39,358 bases of DNA from an uncultured archaeon (GTDB lineage: Archaea; Asgardarchaeota; Lokiarchaeia; Sigyniarchaeales; SOKP01): positions 1 to 39,358 of the forward strand of contig CAYZTE010000005.1 in assembly GCA_964481225.1 (NCBI GenBank), in the 5' to 3' direction. Below, piece after piece: positions 27,349-37,660 of this stretch. Under the pieces are notes generated by a model. The model was not told the origin of the DNA, ran no database searches, and saw nothing but the letters and a program-made list of their open reading frames with translations. How positions within the stretch are numbered: the first letter of the stretch is position 1; every line of letters begins with the position of its first letter. A program made the position numbers and the translations under genes.

Positions 27349-29436
27349 TTATGAACTTTCTTTTGAAACCTTAGTCACGTGATTTTCCTTTTCAAAATGG
27401 AAAATATCAGTTACAAAAGAATCAAGATTTCTCTCATGAGAGATTATGATCATTTGAGAAGTATTTAGTTTTTCAAAAATTGGTTGCATTCGATTAATTT
27501 GTTGTTGACTAAATCCATCAGTTGGCTCATCTAAAATTAATAGGTCTCTCGTTTTTACTTCTTGATGTCGCTCATTAATTATTTTATTTAGAGCTAATCG
27601 ATAGGCTAAAGAAAGCCCACTTTTTTCACCCCCGGATAAATCTCTAAATGGTGATTCATGGCCATTAACGTATACAATTGGTTGAAAATCGTCAGTTCTG
27701 ATTTCAACATCGATATTTTTGTCTTCTACTAATTCATGGAACCATTCTTTAAAATAAGAATTAAAGTGATGAGCACTAGATGAAAGTATCTTTTTTTCAA
27801 TATCTCTAATGAGCACAGGAAATTCCACAACTACCCAATTTTTAAGTTCGTTGAAATAATTCAACTTATCTTCTAGCATTTTTTTAATTTGTATATTAGA
27901 TTTTAATACTCCTAAGTCTTTTTGTAAATATTCAAGAGTTTTTCTTTGAGCGGCCAATTCATTTCCAGTTGATTCTTTATTGGATTTCAGTTTATTTAAC
28001 TTAGATTTTTCTATAGTGAGTTTATTTTTTATCTCTTTCCCTAATTTTTTGAAGTTGTCTAAATTTACAATTTTATATTCTGACAAAATACCGATTATAT
28101 CTTTTTGGTTATATTTAATTTTAGCAACTAATTCATTCACATGTGTATTTAAATCTGCTTCTCTTTTCCTTTTTTCTGAGAGTAGATTGTTTAATGAATC
28201 TCTTTTACTTTCATTTTTTTGAAACTCACGTAAATCCTTGAGTATTTTTTTTTGCTCATCTATATTTTGAGTCAGCTCATTAATTTCATTTGATAGTTTT
28301 CCTACTTTTAAAGACGCATCTTGAAATTCTTTTTCAAATCTATCTTTCTCATGGATAGCTTGCCCGCATAAAGAACACTTGCCTTCTTTTAATAGCTTAT
28401 CTACATCCGTTAAATTTTTTTTAATGACAGCTATTTCTTTTTCTTTTTGAGATTTTAAATTTTGAAGTTTTTCAAGTTGGTTTTCTAATTGATCTTCACT
28501 GAGTTCGGTTTTAATCTTAATTTCTTTTATTTTTTTTAACTCATTTTCTTTTTCGGAGATTTCATTCCGAATTTTACCCAATGTTGAATTTGTTTTCTTT
28601 TCTTTTACTATGCATTCGTTGATAATAGACTCCTTACTTTCAATTTGCACTAATTTTTTAGAATGAGTTTCTAATTCTTTTTGGACGTTTTCAACAATTT
28701 TTTCTTGGGAAGATATTTCATTCTCTTTTTTTTTTATTTCCGATTCAATGTCATTGATTTTCTTTTTTACCTCCTCAATTTCTTTCTCTTTTTGAAAGAT
28801 TTCTTTTTCTGGTTGACCAATTTGTTCAAGTCTAATCCTTAGTTCTTTTGTCTTGTCATTTAAAAAATCCTTCATAATTTCTATGTTTTTAAGTGCAATT
28901 TCATATTTTTCAATGCCAAATACTTCCTTTAATATCTCAAATCGTTCATCTGGATCTGCTTGAATAATTTCTTTTATTTGTTCTTGAGGGGTATATACCG
29001 TGTATCTGAATAGAGGAAGTTTATTTGCTCGTTCATAACGAGAAACAGAATAAGAAAGTAAAGCTAATATTTTTCTTCGCATATCCGTAGGAGCATATGT
29101 TGTTTTAGTTCCATTATCATGATCTATAAAAATACATTCATCTTGAGAGATCTTACTTTTTCGATCTTTTGATAAACTGCGTTTAATTGAATATTTCTTG
29201 CCATCTATGGAAAAAGTTAAATTAACTGATGCTTTTTTCTCTCCCCTTCGTAAGAGAGATTCTCCGCTTAACTCTCCATGAATTAAGGTTCCAAATAATG
29301 CGAATTCTATGGATTTTAATACCGATGACTTTCCACTTCCCACATCTCCAAAAAATAACATTGTTGATGTAGGAAACTTCATTTTTTCGCGTCTAATGCT
29401 TCTAATATTTGTTATTTCTATAGACTTTAGAATCAC
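27349..29436 (-). CDS. rad50: DNA double-strand break repair ATPase Rad50
   Basis: Walker A GDVGSGKSS, coiled coil with CSLC zinc hook, LSGGE signature, LILDEPT and IISH. Overlaps mre11 by 4 nt. Confidence 0.93.
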   Translation of the reverse strand: MILKSIEITNIRSIRREKMKFPTSTMLFFGDVGSGKSSVLKSIEFALFGTLIHGELSGESLLRRGEKKASVNLTFSIDGKKYSIKRSLSKDRKSKISQDECIFIDHDNGTKTTYAPTDMRRKILALLSYSVSRYERANKLPLFRYTVYTPQEQIKEIIQADPDERFEILKEVFGIEKYEIALKNIEIMKDFLNDKTKELRIRLEQIGQPEKEIFQKEKEIEEVKKKINDIESEIKKKENEISSQEKIVENVQKELETHSKKLVQIESKESIINECIVKEKKTNSTLGKIRNEISEKENELKKIKEIKIKTELSEDQLENQLEKLQNLKSQKEKEIAVIKKNLTDVDKLLKEGKCSLCGQAIHEKDRFEKEFQDASLKVGKLSNEINELTQNIDEQKKILKDLREFQKNESKRDSLNNLLSEKRKREADLNTHVNELVAKIKYNQKDIIGILSEYKIVNLDNFKKLGKEIKNKLTIEKSKLNKLKSNKESTGNELAAQRKTLEYLQKDLGVLKSNIQIKKMLEDKLNYFNELKNWVVVEFPVLIRDIEKKILSSSAHHFNSYFKEWFHELVEDKNIDVEIRTDDFQPIVYVNGHESPFRDLSGGEKSGLSLAYRLALNKIINERHQEVKTRDLLILDEPTDGFSQQQINRMQPIFEKLNTSQMIIISHERNLDSFVTDIFHFEKENHVTKVSKESS

Positions 29437-30731
29437 TTTTTACGCTCCGTAGGTTTCTGGATTTCAAATATACTTAAAAATGCTTGTTTTAGAGACTCAT
29501 TATAATTCATAACTTTTGTTCCAATTTGCCTTTCTGTTCCAAGTGTGCTCAATAGTTGATGTATTTTTTTTTCAATTTTAGCAATTGGAAAGTCAATAAT
29601 TTTAACCTTGCTCGCATGTTCCTTTATTAAAGCAGCTTCAATTTCTTCGTTAGATTTTCCTACTGAGACACTTATCGATTGATATTCCACTGTCGTGAGA
29701 GCATTTTTATTAATTGAAACTTCATAAGCACCTTTATCACTAAACAATTGAATTATTTCATTATTCTTCAGCTCATATGTCTTACCTGAAGATAACGGAC
29801 CAAAAATTCTAATAGTAACAATTTTATCTTGAAGATCTTTATTAGATATCTCAAATTTCAGTTTGTTCAGAACATCAGGCACAGATTTATTGGTACAATC
29901 CAAAAAAATACTTTCAACATCGATAACCTTGATTGGATTGAATTTAACTTTTAGATCTAATTCTTCACCCCTGATTTCACCTGAGACAATGCAAAAACCT
30001 CCACACTTAATTCTTTCAAGCTCCCTGAAATCGGTAGGAAAAATACAACCTGGGTAAATAATATTATTTTTCTCACTAACATTAAGAATGATTCCTTTTT
30101 CCTTCAATTTTTCGGGAAGTACTTTATGAAGATGACCACCTGCATAATAATCAAAACCTTGAGGTAATAAAGACTTAGGAGCAGATTCCATGTCCTTAAA
30201 TTCTTTAGGTTTTAATTCATTTAACATGGTGTGCAAAATAAAGATCTTTGGACCTTTTTCAGCTTCAAGAAATTTTCTATCTAGATCATGATAATCCTCT
30301 ATTTCAAGACTACGCTTTCTAGCTCTTAAACCTGTCAATTTGATTTTAGTTTTATGATCTAAGAAAAAATTTAGCTTTAGCTTATTATTTTCTGTTAATT
30401 CTCCTTTCGATACATCTATAAATAATCCAGCAGTAATTAATGGTCTAATCATTGATTTATTTGAAGGGGAAAAATCATGAGATCCCATTATTCCATACAC
30501 AGGGATTTCGTGATCATTTAATTTTTTCAGCTCTCTTGTCGCTAAATCTATTACTTCTACTTTTGGATTGCTGACGTCATATAAATCACCACTTAGAATA
30601 ACAAAATCTACCCCCTCATCAATGATACTATTCACTACAGTTTCAAACGCTTTATACCCCAACTCATTTATTCGTTCATTGCGCCAAGCACCTAAATGTA
30701 CGTCGGAAATATGAGCAAATTTAACCTTCAT
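29433..30731 (-). CDS. mre11: DNA double-strand break repair nuclease Mre11
   Basis: HISDVHLG, SGDLYD, GSHD, GGHLH and YPG phosphoesterase motifs. Confidence 0.93.
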   Translation of the reverse strand: MKVKFAHISDVHLGAWRNERINELGYKAFETVVNSIIDEGVDFVILSGDLYDVSNPKVEVIDLATRELKKLNDHEIPVYGIMGSHDFSPSNKSMIRPLITAGLFIDVSKGELTENNKLKLNFFLDHKTKIKLTGLRARKRSLEIEDYHDLDRKFLEAEKGPKIFILHTMLNELKPKEFKDMESAPKSLLPQGFDYYAGGHLHKVLPEKLKEKGIILNVSEKNNIIYPGCIFPTDFRELERIKCGGFCIVSGEIRGEELDLKVKFNPIKVIDVESIFLDCTNKSVPDVLNKLKFEISNKDLQDKIVTIRIFGPLSSGKTYELKNNEIIQLFSDKGAYEVSINKNALTTVEYQSISVSVGKSNEEIEAALIKEHASKVKIIDFPIAKIEKKIHQLLSTLGTERQIGTKVMNYNESLKQAFLSIFEIQKPTERKK

Positions 30732-30760
30732 TATAATTTTCTATTTAATTTCTGTTTTAA

Positions 30761-32335
30761 TTAAAATCCTGGAGAGCTTTTTTTTATCTTCTTATCTGAT
30801 TTTAGTATTTCTATTTTAATTTTTATTAAATCTTCAAATAACGGGATCTTAATTGGAATTGCGAACTTGGTAAAATTTGAAGTGACTATAGCCTCACCGA
30901 TATCTAAACTAGCAATTGTTTGGCTGTCGTCTGAAAGATCTTGAGCAGAACTTTCTATTAAAGTTCTTCTCTCGGGACCCATTTCATTTCCAAGTATTAT
31001 TTTTGTATTCATATTCGCTAAAATTTCTCTATCTATTAAACTAGGTAATTGTGTTATTCCAATTAAGCCAATATTGAACTTCCTACCTTCTCTTGCTATT
31101 TTGCCGAAAACATTATCTCTCGTTTCTAAAACTTTTTTTCCTATTACTCTTGGAGCTTCCTCTAAGACGATAGTAATAACTGGTTTATCTTCTAATTGAT
31201 CCCTAAATTTTAATCTTTTATATTCATTAAATATATTTTCAACTATGATGGTCGCAACAAATATTTCTCTAGCTCCTTCAAATAAAGATGTATCGACAAT
31301 TACCGTTTTCCCTTCTATTAATGAGTTTACAATATTGCTTATCGTTGATTCGTATCCATTTAAGGTATAAATACCATTCTCTAGAATATTATTATTTTCA
31401 TCAAATCCAAAATTCAATAAAATTGCTAATCTTCTTCTGATGACATCTAAAGTACCTCCATGAAGTCCTTGAGGTCTTTGATATAAAGAAATATCATCAC
31501 TAAAAATTGCTTGAATCCAATTCTCTCTATGTAATCTATAAAACCCTATTAAAGCTTCTATTTGAGGTTGTGTAAAATAAAGACTACCCATTATATGAAT
31601 CGGTTCTATTAAATTTATATTGAATCTTAAATCGAGCTTCCCAGGAATTGACCTTATAGAATAAAAATCGATGTATTTGGAACTTTCAGAATGCTCCTTC
31701 AATCCCTTCTGCGTTCTACTTCCATAATATTCATTATGAGGGTCAAATACGAGTTTACCGCAATTTTGATTTTCCATTAAGTCATAGAGAATAGTTTTTA
31801 CTAAATTCGATTTACCTCGACCGGTGGTAGCTGGAATTAGAATGTGGTGCTTTAAAACATCTGTTGCTTCAAGCTTAACCTCTGTTTTTAAAATTTTAGA
31901 CCCTGAACGAATTTTACCTAAATTTAAAGGATTATCGATTTTTTCTTCCTTGAAAAATTCTAGATGGGAATCATCAATATCATATGTATCTGAGAAAAAG
32001 GTTGGTAATTTTTTTGGTAAAAACAATTTATTTTCCTTTACAAATATTAAAGGCCTTGCCAGCGCTAATACATAATTGCGCAATTCAGGTTCATAAATTT
32101 TTAAATCAGACCTCTCTCTCTCTAATCCATAGCCTGCCATTAACTCTAGCGCGGGATCGGGTATTTGACTTCCATAGAACAAGTCTTTAATTTGATAAAT
32201 ACTATAATTTTTTCTATCTTTACCAGCAATAAACAATTGTCCTAACTCAAATTCCTGATCTGATTTCTGTCTTAATGTTAATTTAACAAAAGACCCAGTA
32301 ACAAAACTTCCAATTTTTTTTCCTAAATCCGCCAT
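30761..32335 (-). CDS. herA: HerA helicase/translocase
   Basis: N-terminal HAS barrel, [33 protein letters not shown] and ITQLPS. Confidence 0.92.
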   Translation of the reverse strand: MADLGKKIGSFVTGSFVKLTLRQKSDQEFELGQLFIAGKDRKNYSIYQIKDLFYGSQIPDPALELMAGYGLERERSDLKIYEPELRNYVLALARPLIFVKENKLFLPKKLPTFFSDTYDIDDSHLEFFKEEKIDNPLNLGKIRSGSKILKTEVKLEATDVLKHHILIPATTGRGKSNLVKTILYDLMENQNCGKLVFDPHNEYYGSRTQKGLKEHSESSKYIDFYSIRSIPGKLDLRFNINLIEPIHIMGSLYFTQPQIEALIGFYRLHRENWIQAIFSDDISLYQRPQGLHGGTLDVIRRRLAILLNFGFDENNNILENGIYTLNGYESTISNIVNSLIEGKTVIVDTSLFEGAREIFVATIIVENIFNEYKRLKFRDQLEDKPVITIVLEEAPRVIGKKVLETRDNVFGKIAREGRKFNIGLIGITQLPSLIDREILANMNTKIILGNEMGPERRTLIESSAQDLSDDSQTIASLDIGEAIVTSNFTKFAIPIKIPLFEDLIKIKIEILKSDKKIKKSSPGF

Positions 32336-32353
32336 TTTTTTACACTTAAAAAA

Positions 32354-33484
32354 TTATCTTCTTATTAAATTTAATAAATCGTGCGCATTTACAGAACGCA
32401 GACGAGGTAGGATAAATTTATTGTAATCGTCTTGATCAAATTCTGCAATTAATTGAATTTTTTGAGGTTCTAATTCCTTAATGCTAACAGCGGCAAGTTG
32501 ATCCGCTTTGATAAGACCATAGGGGTATCCTGGATAAGATAGATCGTTAGAATTATAAGCAAGATTAGAAATTATTATTTCACGTTGGTCTTCTGACATT
32601 TTTTTTGCTTGATCTAACAAAATATCGAACCTAAATGAGTATAGTGAATTTTTATGTAATTTTACGAAATATAAATCTGCTTTTTCTTGAGCTTTTGTAA
32701 TTCTGTATATAGGATGATAATACCACGCACTATTTGGAAATTTTTTATTCCCAAGATAATCAATTATAGAATTAAGTGAATTTCCATTTTGAGTAATCAA
32801 ACGACAAGTTTTTGATAGTCCTGTTGCTGTAATTCGTTTTTTAATAGCTATATCATATAATTCTTCCGCTAATTTTGTTTCACCAGTGTAACCTGTTTGC
32901 AGTGAACCATCTCTTACAAAAATGCTTCCTTCATCTAATTCATTCGAAATAAATTTGGTTGCATAAGTCCATTCCGCAAATCTCATTGCTATACCCCCAA
33001 AATCTTCAATATTTGGTAAACTGAACCATCTTCCTCTTATAGAGGGATCATCTATAGGAAATTTTAAATCATTTTTGGGAAGATATTCTAAGAATTTTGG
33101 TTCTACAGGAAAAAAGCGTGTAAGATAAACTAATGAATCATCCTCAAGTTGTTCTAAAACTGTTGCGCTGTAGAATTCAATTTTCACAGGAGTTTTTTTT
33201 GGTTGTGTCCATTTATTGGAAGTAAATAGAACCCCTGCTACACGGTTCAAGCTTATATTGAAGTCTGCACTTCTGATAATGGGACCATTTCCACCATCGA
33301 CAAAGCCAATATTTTTAACATCATCACATTTAGGAATCTCAAATATTCTTTGTTCTTCAATCTCGAATGTTTCTTCTTCTGAGCTAGAGGCGTAGGGTAA
33401 ATCTTCTTTAGGATATCCCAATTTATGATTTTCTATAAACTGTACACATTCTTTTAATGGATTTTTTCTTTTTTCAGCGTTCAT
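32354..33484 (-). CDS. nurA: NurA 5'-3' nuclease
   Basis: FVDGG, VRDGSL, GLSKT and GYPYGLIKADQLA, directly upstream of herA. Confidence 0.88.
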   Translation of the reverse strand: MNAEKRKNPLKECVQFIENHKLGYPKEDLPYASSSEEETFEIEEQRIFEIPKCDDVKNIGFVDGGNGPIIRSADFNISLNRVAGVLFTSNKWTQPKKTPVKIEFYSATVLEQLEDDSLVYLTRFFPVEPKFLEYLPKNDLKFPIDDPSIRGRWFSLPNIEDFGGIAMRFAEWTYATKFISNELDEGSIFVRDGSLQTGYTGETKLAEELYDIAIKKRITATGLSKTCRLITQNGNSLNSIIDYLGNKKFPNSAWYYHPIYRITKAQEKADLYFVKLHKNSLYSFRFDILLDQAKKMSEDQREIIISNLAYNSNDLSYPGYPYGLIKADQLAAVSIKELEPQKIQLIAEFDQDDYNKFILPRLRSVNAHDLLNLIRR

Positions 33485-33662
33485 GTTATAAAATAAATGA
33501 CTTTTTTCAATATATAAGTTTTATATTAATAATTCTTTTAGACTCAACAGATTTAACAGTTTTTAGACATTTATTTAATTTGTTGTTAACAACATATTGA
33601 TTTCTCTATTTTTAAATAGAAATTTGGATTGAACACATGATAAATTTTAAAGAAAAAAGAAA

Positions 33663-34571
33663 CTAATAATTTAGTTTAAAACGGGAATCAATCATATCTA
33701 GATAATGTAAAATCTCGGCTTCGTCAATTTGAGGTTCAACAACAGAATCCCATTCTTTTTTTCCATGATGGCTTAAAATCAAATGCCTGATTTTGTTTTC
33801 TAAATCTTTAGGAAAATCTTCAATTCCTTTTATTACCTTCGTAACAAATTGATCTCCTAAGATTAAATGACTATATAATCTTCCTTCAATAGTTTTCATA
33901 GGTAAATCATTATTCAAACTAATCTCAAATATTTTACCAATGTCATGCAATATTATACCAGTATAAATTAAATCGACATCTAGAAGGGTATTTCTTTCAT
34001 AATAACTGATTAATTGATCAAAGATGGTAATCATTCCAACTGTATGCTCTAAATTCCCATATTTATAATTATGATGGTGAATTATTGATGAAGGGCATTC
34101 AATATATTTGTTTTTTATATCTTCATCTGATAAAATTTTCTCCAATAGTTCTCTTAATTTAACGTTTTGTATATTTAGAATAATTTGATGTATTTTCCTA
34201 AATAAGGAAACTGAATCAATTTTAGTTTGCTTAACAAAATTATTTAAATTAAATTCAGATTTTTCTAATTTTCTATAATTTGTAATATCCATTTTTCCAA
34301 ATTTTATTTTATACATACAATCAATTTCCATAATATTACCAATTTCAAATTTTTTTATTTCTTGTTGATATTCTTCCTCATTGCTAGTCCATTTATTAAA
34401 ATTTGATAATTCACCTGATAGATCTCTAAAAGTAATGATAAAATAAGGTCTTCCATCTTTAGTGTGCTTCTTAGTATGGTTAATGACTTGTAATTTAGTA
34501 TTAAAACTAAAATCATTACGAGCTTCTCTTATTTTTTGAAGAATTTCGTTTGCTTTCAAAATTTCACTCAA
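33663..34571 (-). CDS. yhaM: YhaM/Cbf1-family 3'-5' exonuclease (OB fold + HD domain)
   Basis: TKDGRPY...FRDLSG OB fold, PSS..HHHNY..GNLEHT, LHDIGK, GRL.SH, HLILSHHG..EW.S...P and HYLDMIDS. Confidence 0.85.
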   Translation of the reverse strand: MSEILKANEILQKIREARNDFSFNTKLQVINHTKKHTKDGRPYFIITFRDLSGELSNFNKWTSNEEEYQQEIKKFEIGNIMEIDCMYKIKFGKMDITNYRKLEKSEFNLNNFVKQTKIDSVSLFRKIHQIILNIQNVKLRELLEKILSDEDIKNKYIECPSSIIHHHNYKYGNLEHTVGMITIFDQLISYYERNTLLDVDLIYTGIILHDIGKIFEISLNNDLPMKTIEGRLYSHLILGDQFVTKVIKGIEDFPKDLENKIRHLILSHHGKKEWDSVVEPQIDEAEILHYLDMIDSRFKLNY

Positions 34572-34744
34572 TTTCTAACCATTTAGGATTAATTTTTGAA
34601 TTATTTATTCTATTCAGACTACTTCTTCTGCATTATGATAAATATGAATTAGCGAACTTAAAATTAATCTATTAAAATTTTAATAATTACAACATCACAC
34701 AGTTGTTCTAAATAAAATATAGTAAGAAAGGATTAGCAGATGTC

Positions 34745-34981
34745 TTATGAAGTAAAATAGAATCTCAATTTATCTTTTCTATAAGGGATTGTTAGAAATG
34801 ATTTACATATTTTACATCGAAATATTATCTCTTCATCAGTCTCATCCCAATATACAATTTCATCACTATTACATCTAATGCAAGAACCAGATATTTCATC
34901 TAAAATTCTTTTTATTTGTTTTAATACACCTTTGTTTTCCAGATCAGAAAGTACTTTCTTCAAATCAATTCCCTTAGACAT
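34745..34981 (-). CDS. Small zinc-finger protein
   Basis: CIRC...CKIC and a clear AAGGTGA RBS upstream of the ATG. Confidence 0.75.
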   Translation of the reverse strand: MSKGIDLKKVLSDLENKGVLKQIKRILDEISGSCIRCNSDEIVYWDETDEEIIFRCKICKSFLTIPYRKDKLRFYFTS

Positions 34982-35184
34982 TTTTTCAATTCACCTTAAT
35001 ACACTTGTATAATTTATTTTTTATTACTGATTGAGATTGAATATATTTAAATAAAAAATGAATAAATAGAGGGAATTCTTTATTCCCAGATTTCAAACTA
35101 AATGACTATTAACACCTTAATAGGATAAGAATGCAAACTAAAGAAAGAGAAGAATAAAAAAAAAAATTAGGTAATAAAGAAAAT

Positions 35185-35382
35185 TTATAAGTCTCGTGCC
35201 TTTACGGTCTTTCTGCCGTTTGCTTTTGCGCGTTCTACAGCTTTATCAAGTATCCACATTATGTAACCATTTAGGGCATCTCCATCAAGAACCCCACTGC
35301 TAGTGTTGCAACCATTGCCTTTGATATATTCCCGGACTTTTGATTTCACGAACAAAGGTTCAGTCCCAGCTTTTTTTGCCAT
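35185..35382 (-). CDS. Histone-fold protein with truncated alpha3 (Bd0055 / face-to-face-like type)
   Basis: LFVKSKVREYIK...NTS, long alpha2 and AVERAKANGRKTVKARDL ending right after the RKTV..RD motif. GGAGG RBS. Confidence 0.88.
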   Translation of the reverse strand: MAKKAGTEPLFVKSKVREYIKGNGCNTSSGVLDGDALNGYIMWILDKAVERAKANGRKTVKARDL

Positions 35383-35811
35383 TTTTAATCCTCCACATTT
35401 TAAGTTTTTGTTAAAATTTATTTAAAACCAGTTTTAAAATTAAAATTAAATTGTTTTTGTTAAGTATTTATTTTTTAACTGTATTATTAAATGTTTGTGA
35501 TTTCATCGAAAATTTTGAATTTCCTTTTTTTCCGTGGAATTTTAGGAATAGAACATAATTTTTTGAAACATCAAAAGAAATGCCAAAAAAGGGTTATCGT
35601 TTAATTTTGCAAGGATTAAATTAATGCCTTCTTAATCTAATGTTCAAGATAAATGAAATAAATGCAATTTCATAAATTTTAATAATTAATCAATATCTTA
35701 AATCTAATTTGATATAGAAATATTAATTTGCATGAAATCTTGTTTTTAGGAATAAATTAATAAAAAAAAAGTAAATTTGTTTTATTGTATTACCGAACTA
35801 CAATTTCCTGC

Positions 35812-36090
35812 TTATTTTGGAGGCGCGAGTACGATCTCAATGCTTGAGACGTTATTACTTTGTCCATTTTCTCCTTCAAGCTGTTCGGTACTAAGTTTAA
35901 TGTCCGTGTATTCAGTTCCTTTAAGGAATCTGTTTCTAAGGATTTCACATACATCAACAGCATGCGAAATAGCCCTACCTCGAGCTTTAACCGTACATTC
36001 TTCACCTTTATTAAGGATCATCATGGTAGCCATAACATAATTCATTGTAGGGCGTCTTCCAACGAACACAGCATTTTCATCTTTGCTCAT
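35812..36090 (-). CDS. albA: DNA/RNA-binding chromatin protein Alba
   Basis: VFVGRRPTMNYV, VKARGRAISHAVDVCE, RNRF and VSSIEIVL. Confidence 0.95.
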   Translation of the reverse strand: MSKDENAVFVGRRPTMNYVMATMMILNKGEECTVKARGRAISHAVDVCEILRNRFLKGTEYTDIKLSTEQLEGENGQSNNVSSIEIVLAPPK

Positions 36091-36361
36091 TTTTAATTTC
36101 CTCTTTTGTTTTTTATTTTTTATTGTATTTCCTTATTTTTCTAGCTTTTTTGAGTTTGCGTGTTATGTATTGATGTTTTAACGTAATTTTTATTTTAAAT
36201 TACGTAATAACAATTTTTTGAAATTGTAGAAATTTTTTAAATTTTATTATCAGATTAATGAAGATTTTGAATTTCTCTAAAAAAATGCTTAAGATTTTTT
36301 AAGGTAAGCTGAATTCAATGCTAAAATTTTAATAAAAGAAAATAAAAGAATTTATGTATTG

Positions 36362-36583
36362 TTATAACCCTTTTAATTTTACACCCAAGAACATCAGTAC
36401 CCAGCTAAAAAAGCATAGAAGAACACCAATAAAAATTGCGTTTCCATTAGGACCTAAGTCCTCAAACAATGCTGGAAAGTCATCCAGCATTAATAATGCA
36501 CCCATACTACCTAATATTAAACCTGCCAAGGCTATTATAAAGGATAGAATTACAATAAACTTAGTTGGCGGAGTCCAAGCCAT
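36362..36583 (-). CDS. Small two-TM membrane protein
   Basis: Two hydrophobic helices, AWTPPTK N-terminus, GVKLKGL end and an AGGTGA RBS 7 nt upstream. Confidence 0.75.
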   Translation of the reverse strand: MAWTPPTKFIVILSFIIALAGLILGSMGALLMLDDFPALFEDLGPNGNAIFIGVLLCFFSWVLMFLGVKLKGL

Positions 36584-36759
36584 TTAATATTCACCTATTT
36601 TTCTCATTAATTTTATTATAATTTTTTTTTAAAATTAAATTGTGAGAGTATGTAGAAATAGGACGAAATGTTATTTTAATGTTAATCTTTTCATCAATTT
36701 CTTATTCTTTTAAATATACAGCCATAAAAAGTTAGAGATAACTATTGAATTTATTATTA

Positions 36760-37446
36760 CTATTGTAAGTCAAAATCGTCTTCTTTGGTTAAATCTATTA
36801 TGTTTCTCGGCTCATTCTTTTTAAGTTTTGGTCTGGGTCTTATTTCCATGTCTTTTTTATCTTCCTTTTCATCTTTTTTAACAAGATCCCATATTATACT
36901 TATTATGAGTAAACCTGAGACAATGACAAGAAGAGGTATCAACAATCCTGAATCCGTTAAGATAATCTTTACCCATCCAATGTAAGGAATTCTTCCAACT
37001 ACAACACCTAAAATTCTGGTATCTGGAACCCAACTATCATCAGGTGTAGGGTTTGCATCTCCTTTAGTTAAAAATAACCATCCATTATCATATCTCTTAT
37101 CAACAACACGATGGACGATGGGATCGCTTGGTGCACCAGGCCAAAGTTTTCGAGCATCGTATACAATAATATCTCCCTCTTTACCTTCTATAGTTCCATT
37201 TTTAATATCCGCAGGATCTTTTCCTTTTAAAAATAATAAATCACCTTTAAGGATTTTAGGCTTCATCGAACCTGATACAACAACCACCATTGGAGTTTTT
37301 GTATCCAAAGCAATTCGCAACATGAAATAAAACAAAAAAGCCCCAGAAAAAGCAAATCCAATTAAAATCAAAGCGATGATTATCTTTCTTTTTGATGTGG
37401 GTTGTTGTTTGGGTTTTGAAGTCTTTTTTAAAACACTACTATTCAT
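36760..37446 (-). CDS. sec11: Signal peptidase I, archaeal/eukaryotic SEC11 type
   Basis: PMVVVVSGSMKP (Ser), GDLL, PIVHRV (His), TKGDAN and IPYIGWV. Start uncertain (37476 or 37446). Confidence 0.92.
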   Translation of the reverse strand: MNSSVLKKTSKPKQQPTSKRKIIIALILIGFAFSGAFLFYFMLRIALDTKTPMVVVVSGSMKPKILKGDLLFLKGKDPADIKNGTIEGKEGDIIVYDARKLWPGAPSDPIVHRVVDKRYDNGWLFLTKGDANPTPDDSWVPDTRILGVVVGRIPYIGWVKIILTDSGLLIPLLVIVSGLLIISIIWDLVKKDEKEDKKDMEIRPRPKLKKNEPRNIIDLTKEDDFDLQ

Positions 37447-37660
37447 GATTAAAACATTCAGCAGTCCTATGGTCAAAATAAATCAAAAAATCAATATAAA
37501 TCTTCTTACTAAAATATTTGAATGCCCAAATATGAAGATCGAATTATTGAGTATTGACTCATCCTACTTCATATTTCAATAAAATTTTAAACAATACTAT
37601 CATATTAAATATTACTTGAATTGGTTTATATAAAATCATAATAGGGTAAGGATTTTCAAT

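Noticed and set aside
30761-33484. HerA-NurA as an anti-phage HerA system
   Set aside because: Direct linkage to mre11-rad50 identifies the housekeeping resection operon.
35383-35811. Long spacer between alba and the histone as a possible ncRNA
   Set aside because: Extremely AT-rich, with no GC-rich stems, tRNA fold or convincing C/D boxes visible.
35790-36005. Alternative-frame 71-aa ORF overlapping alba on the same strand
   Set aside because: No RBS or motif, and Alba fully explains the sequence.
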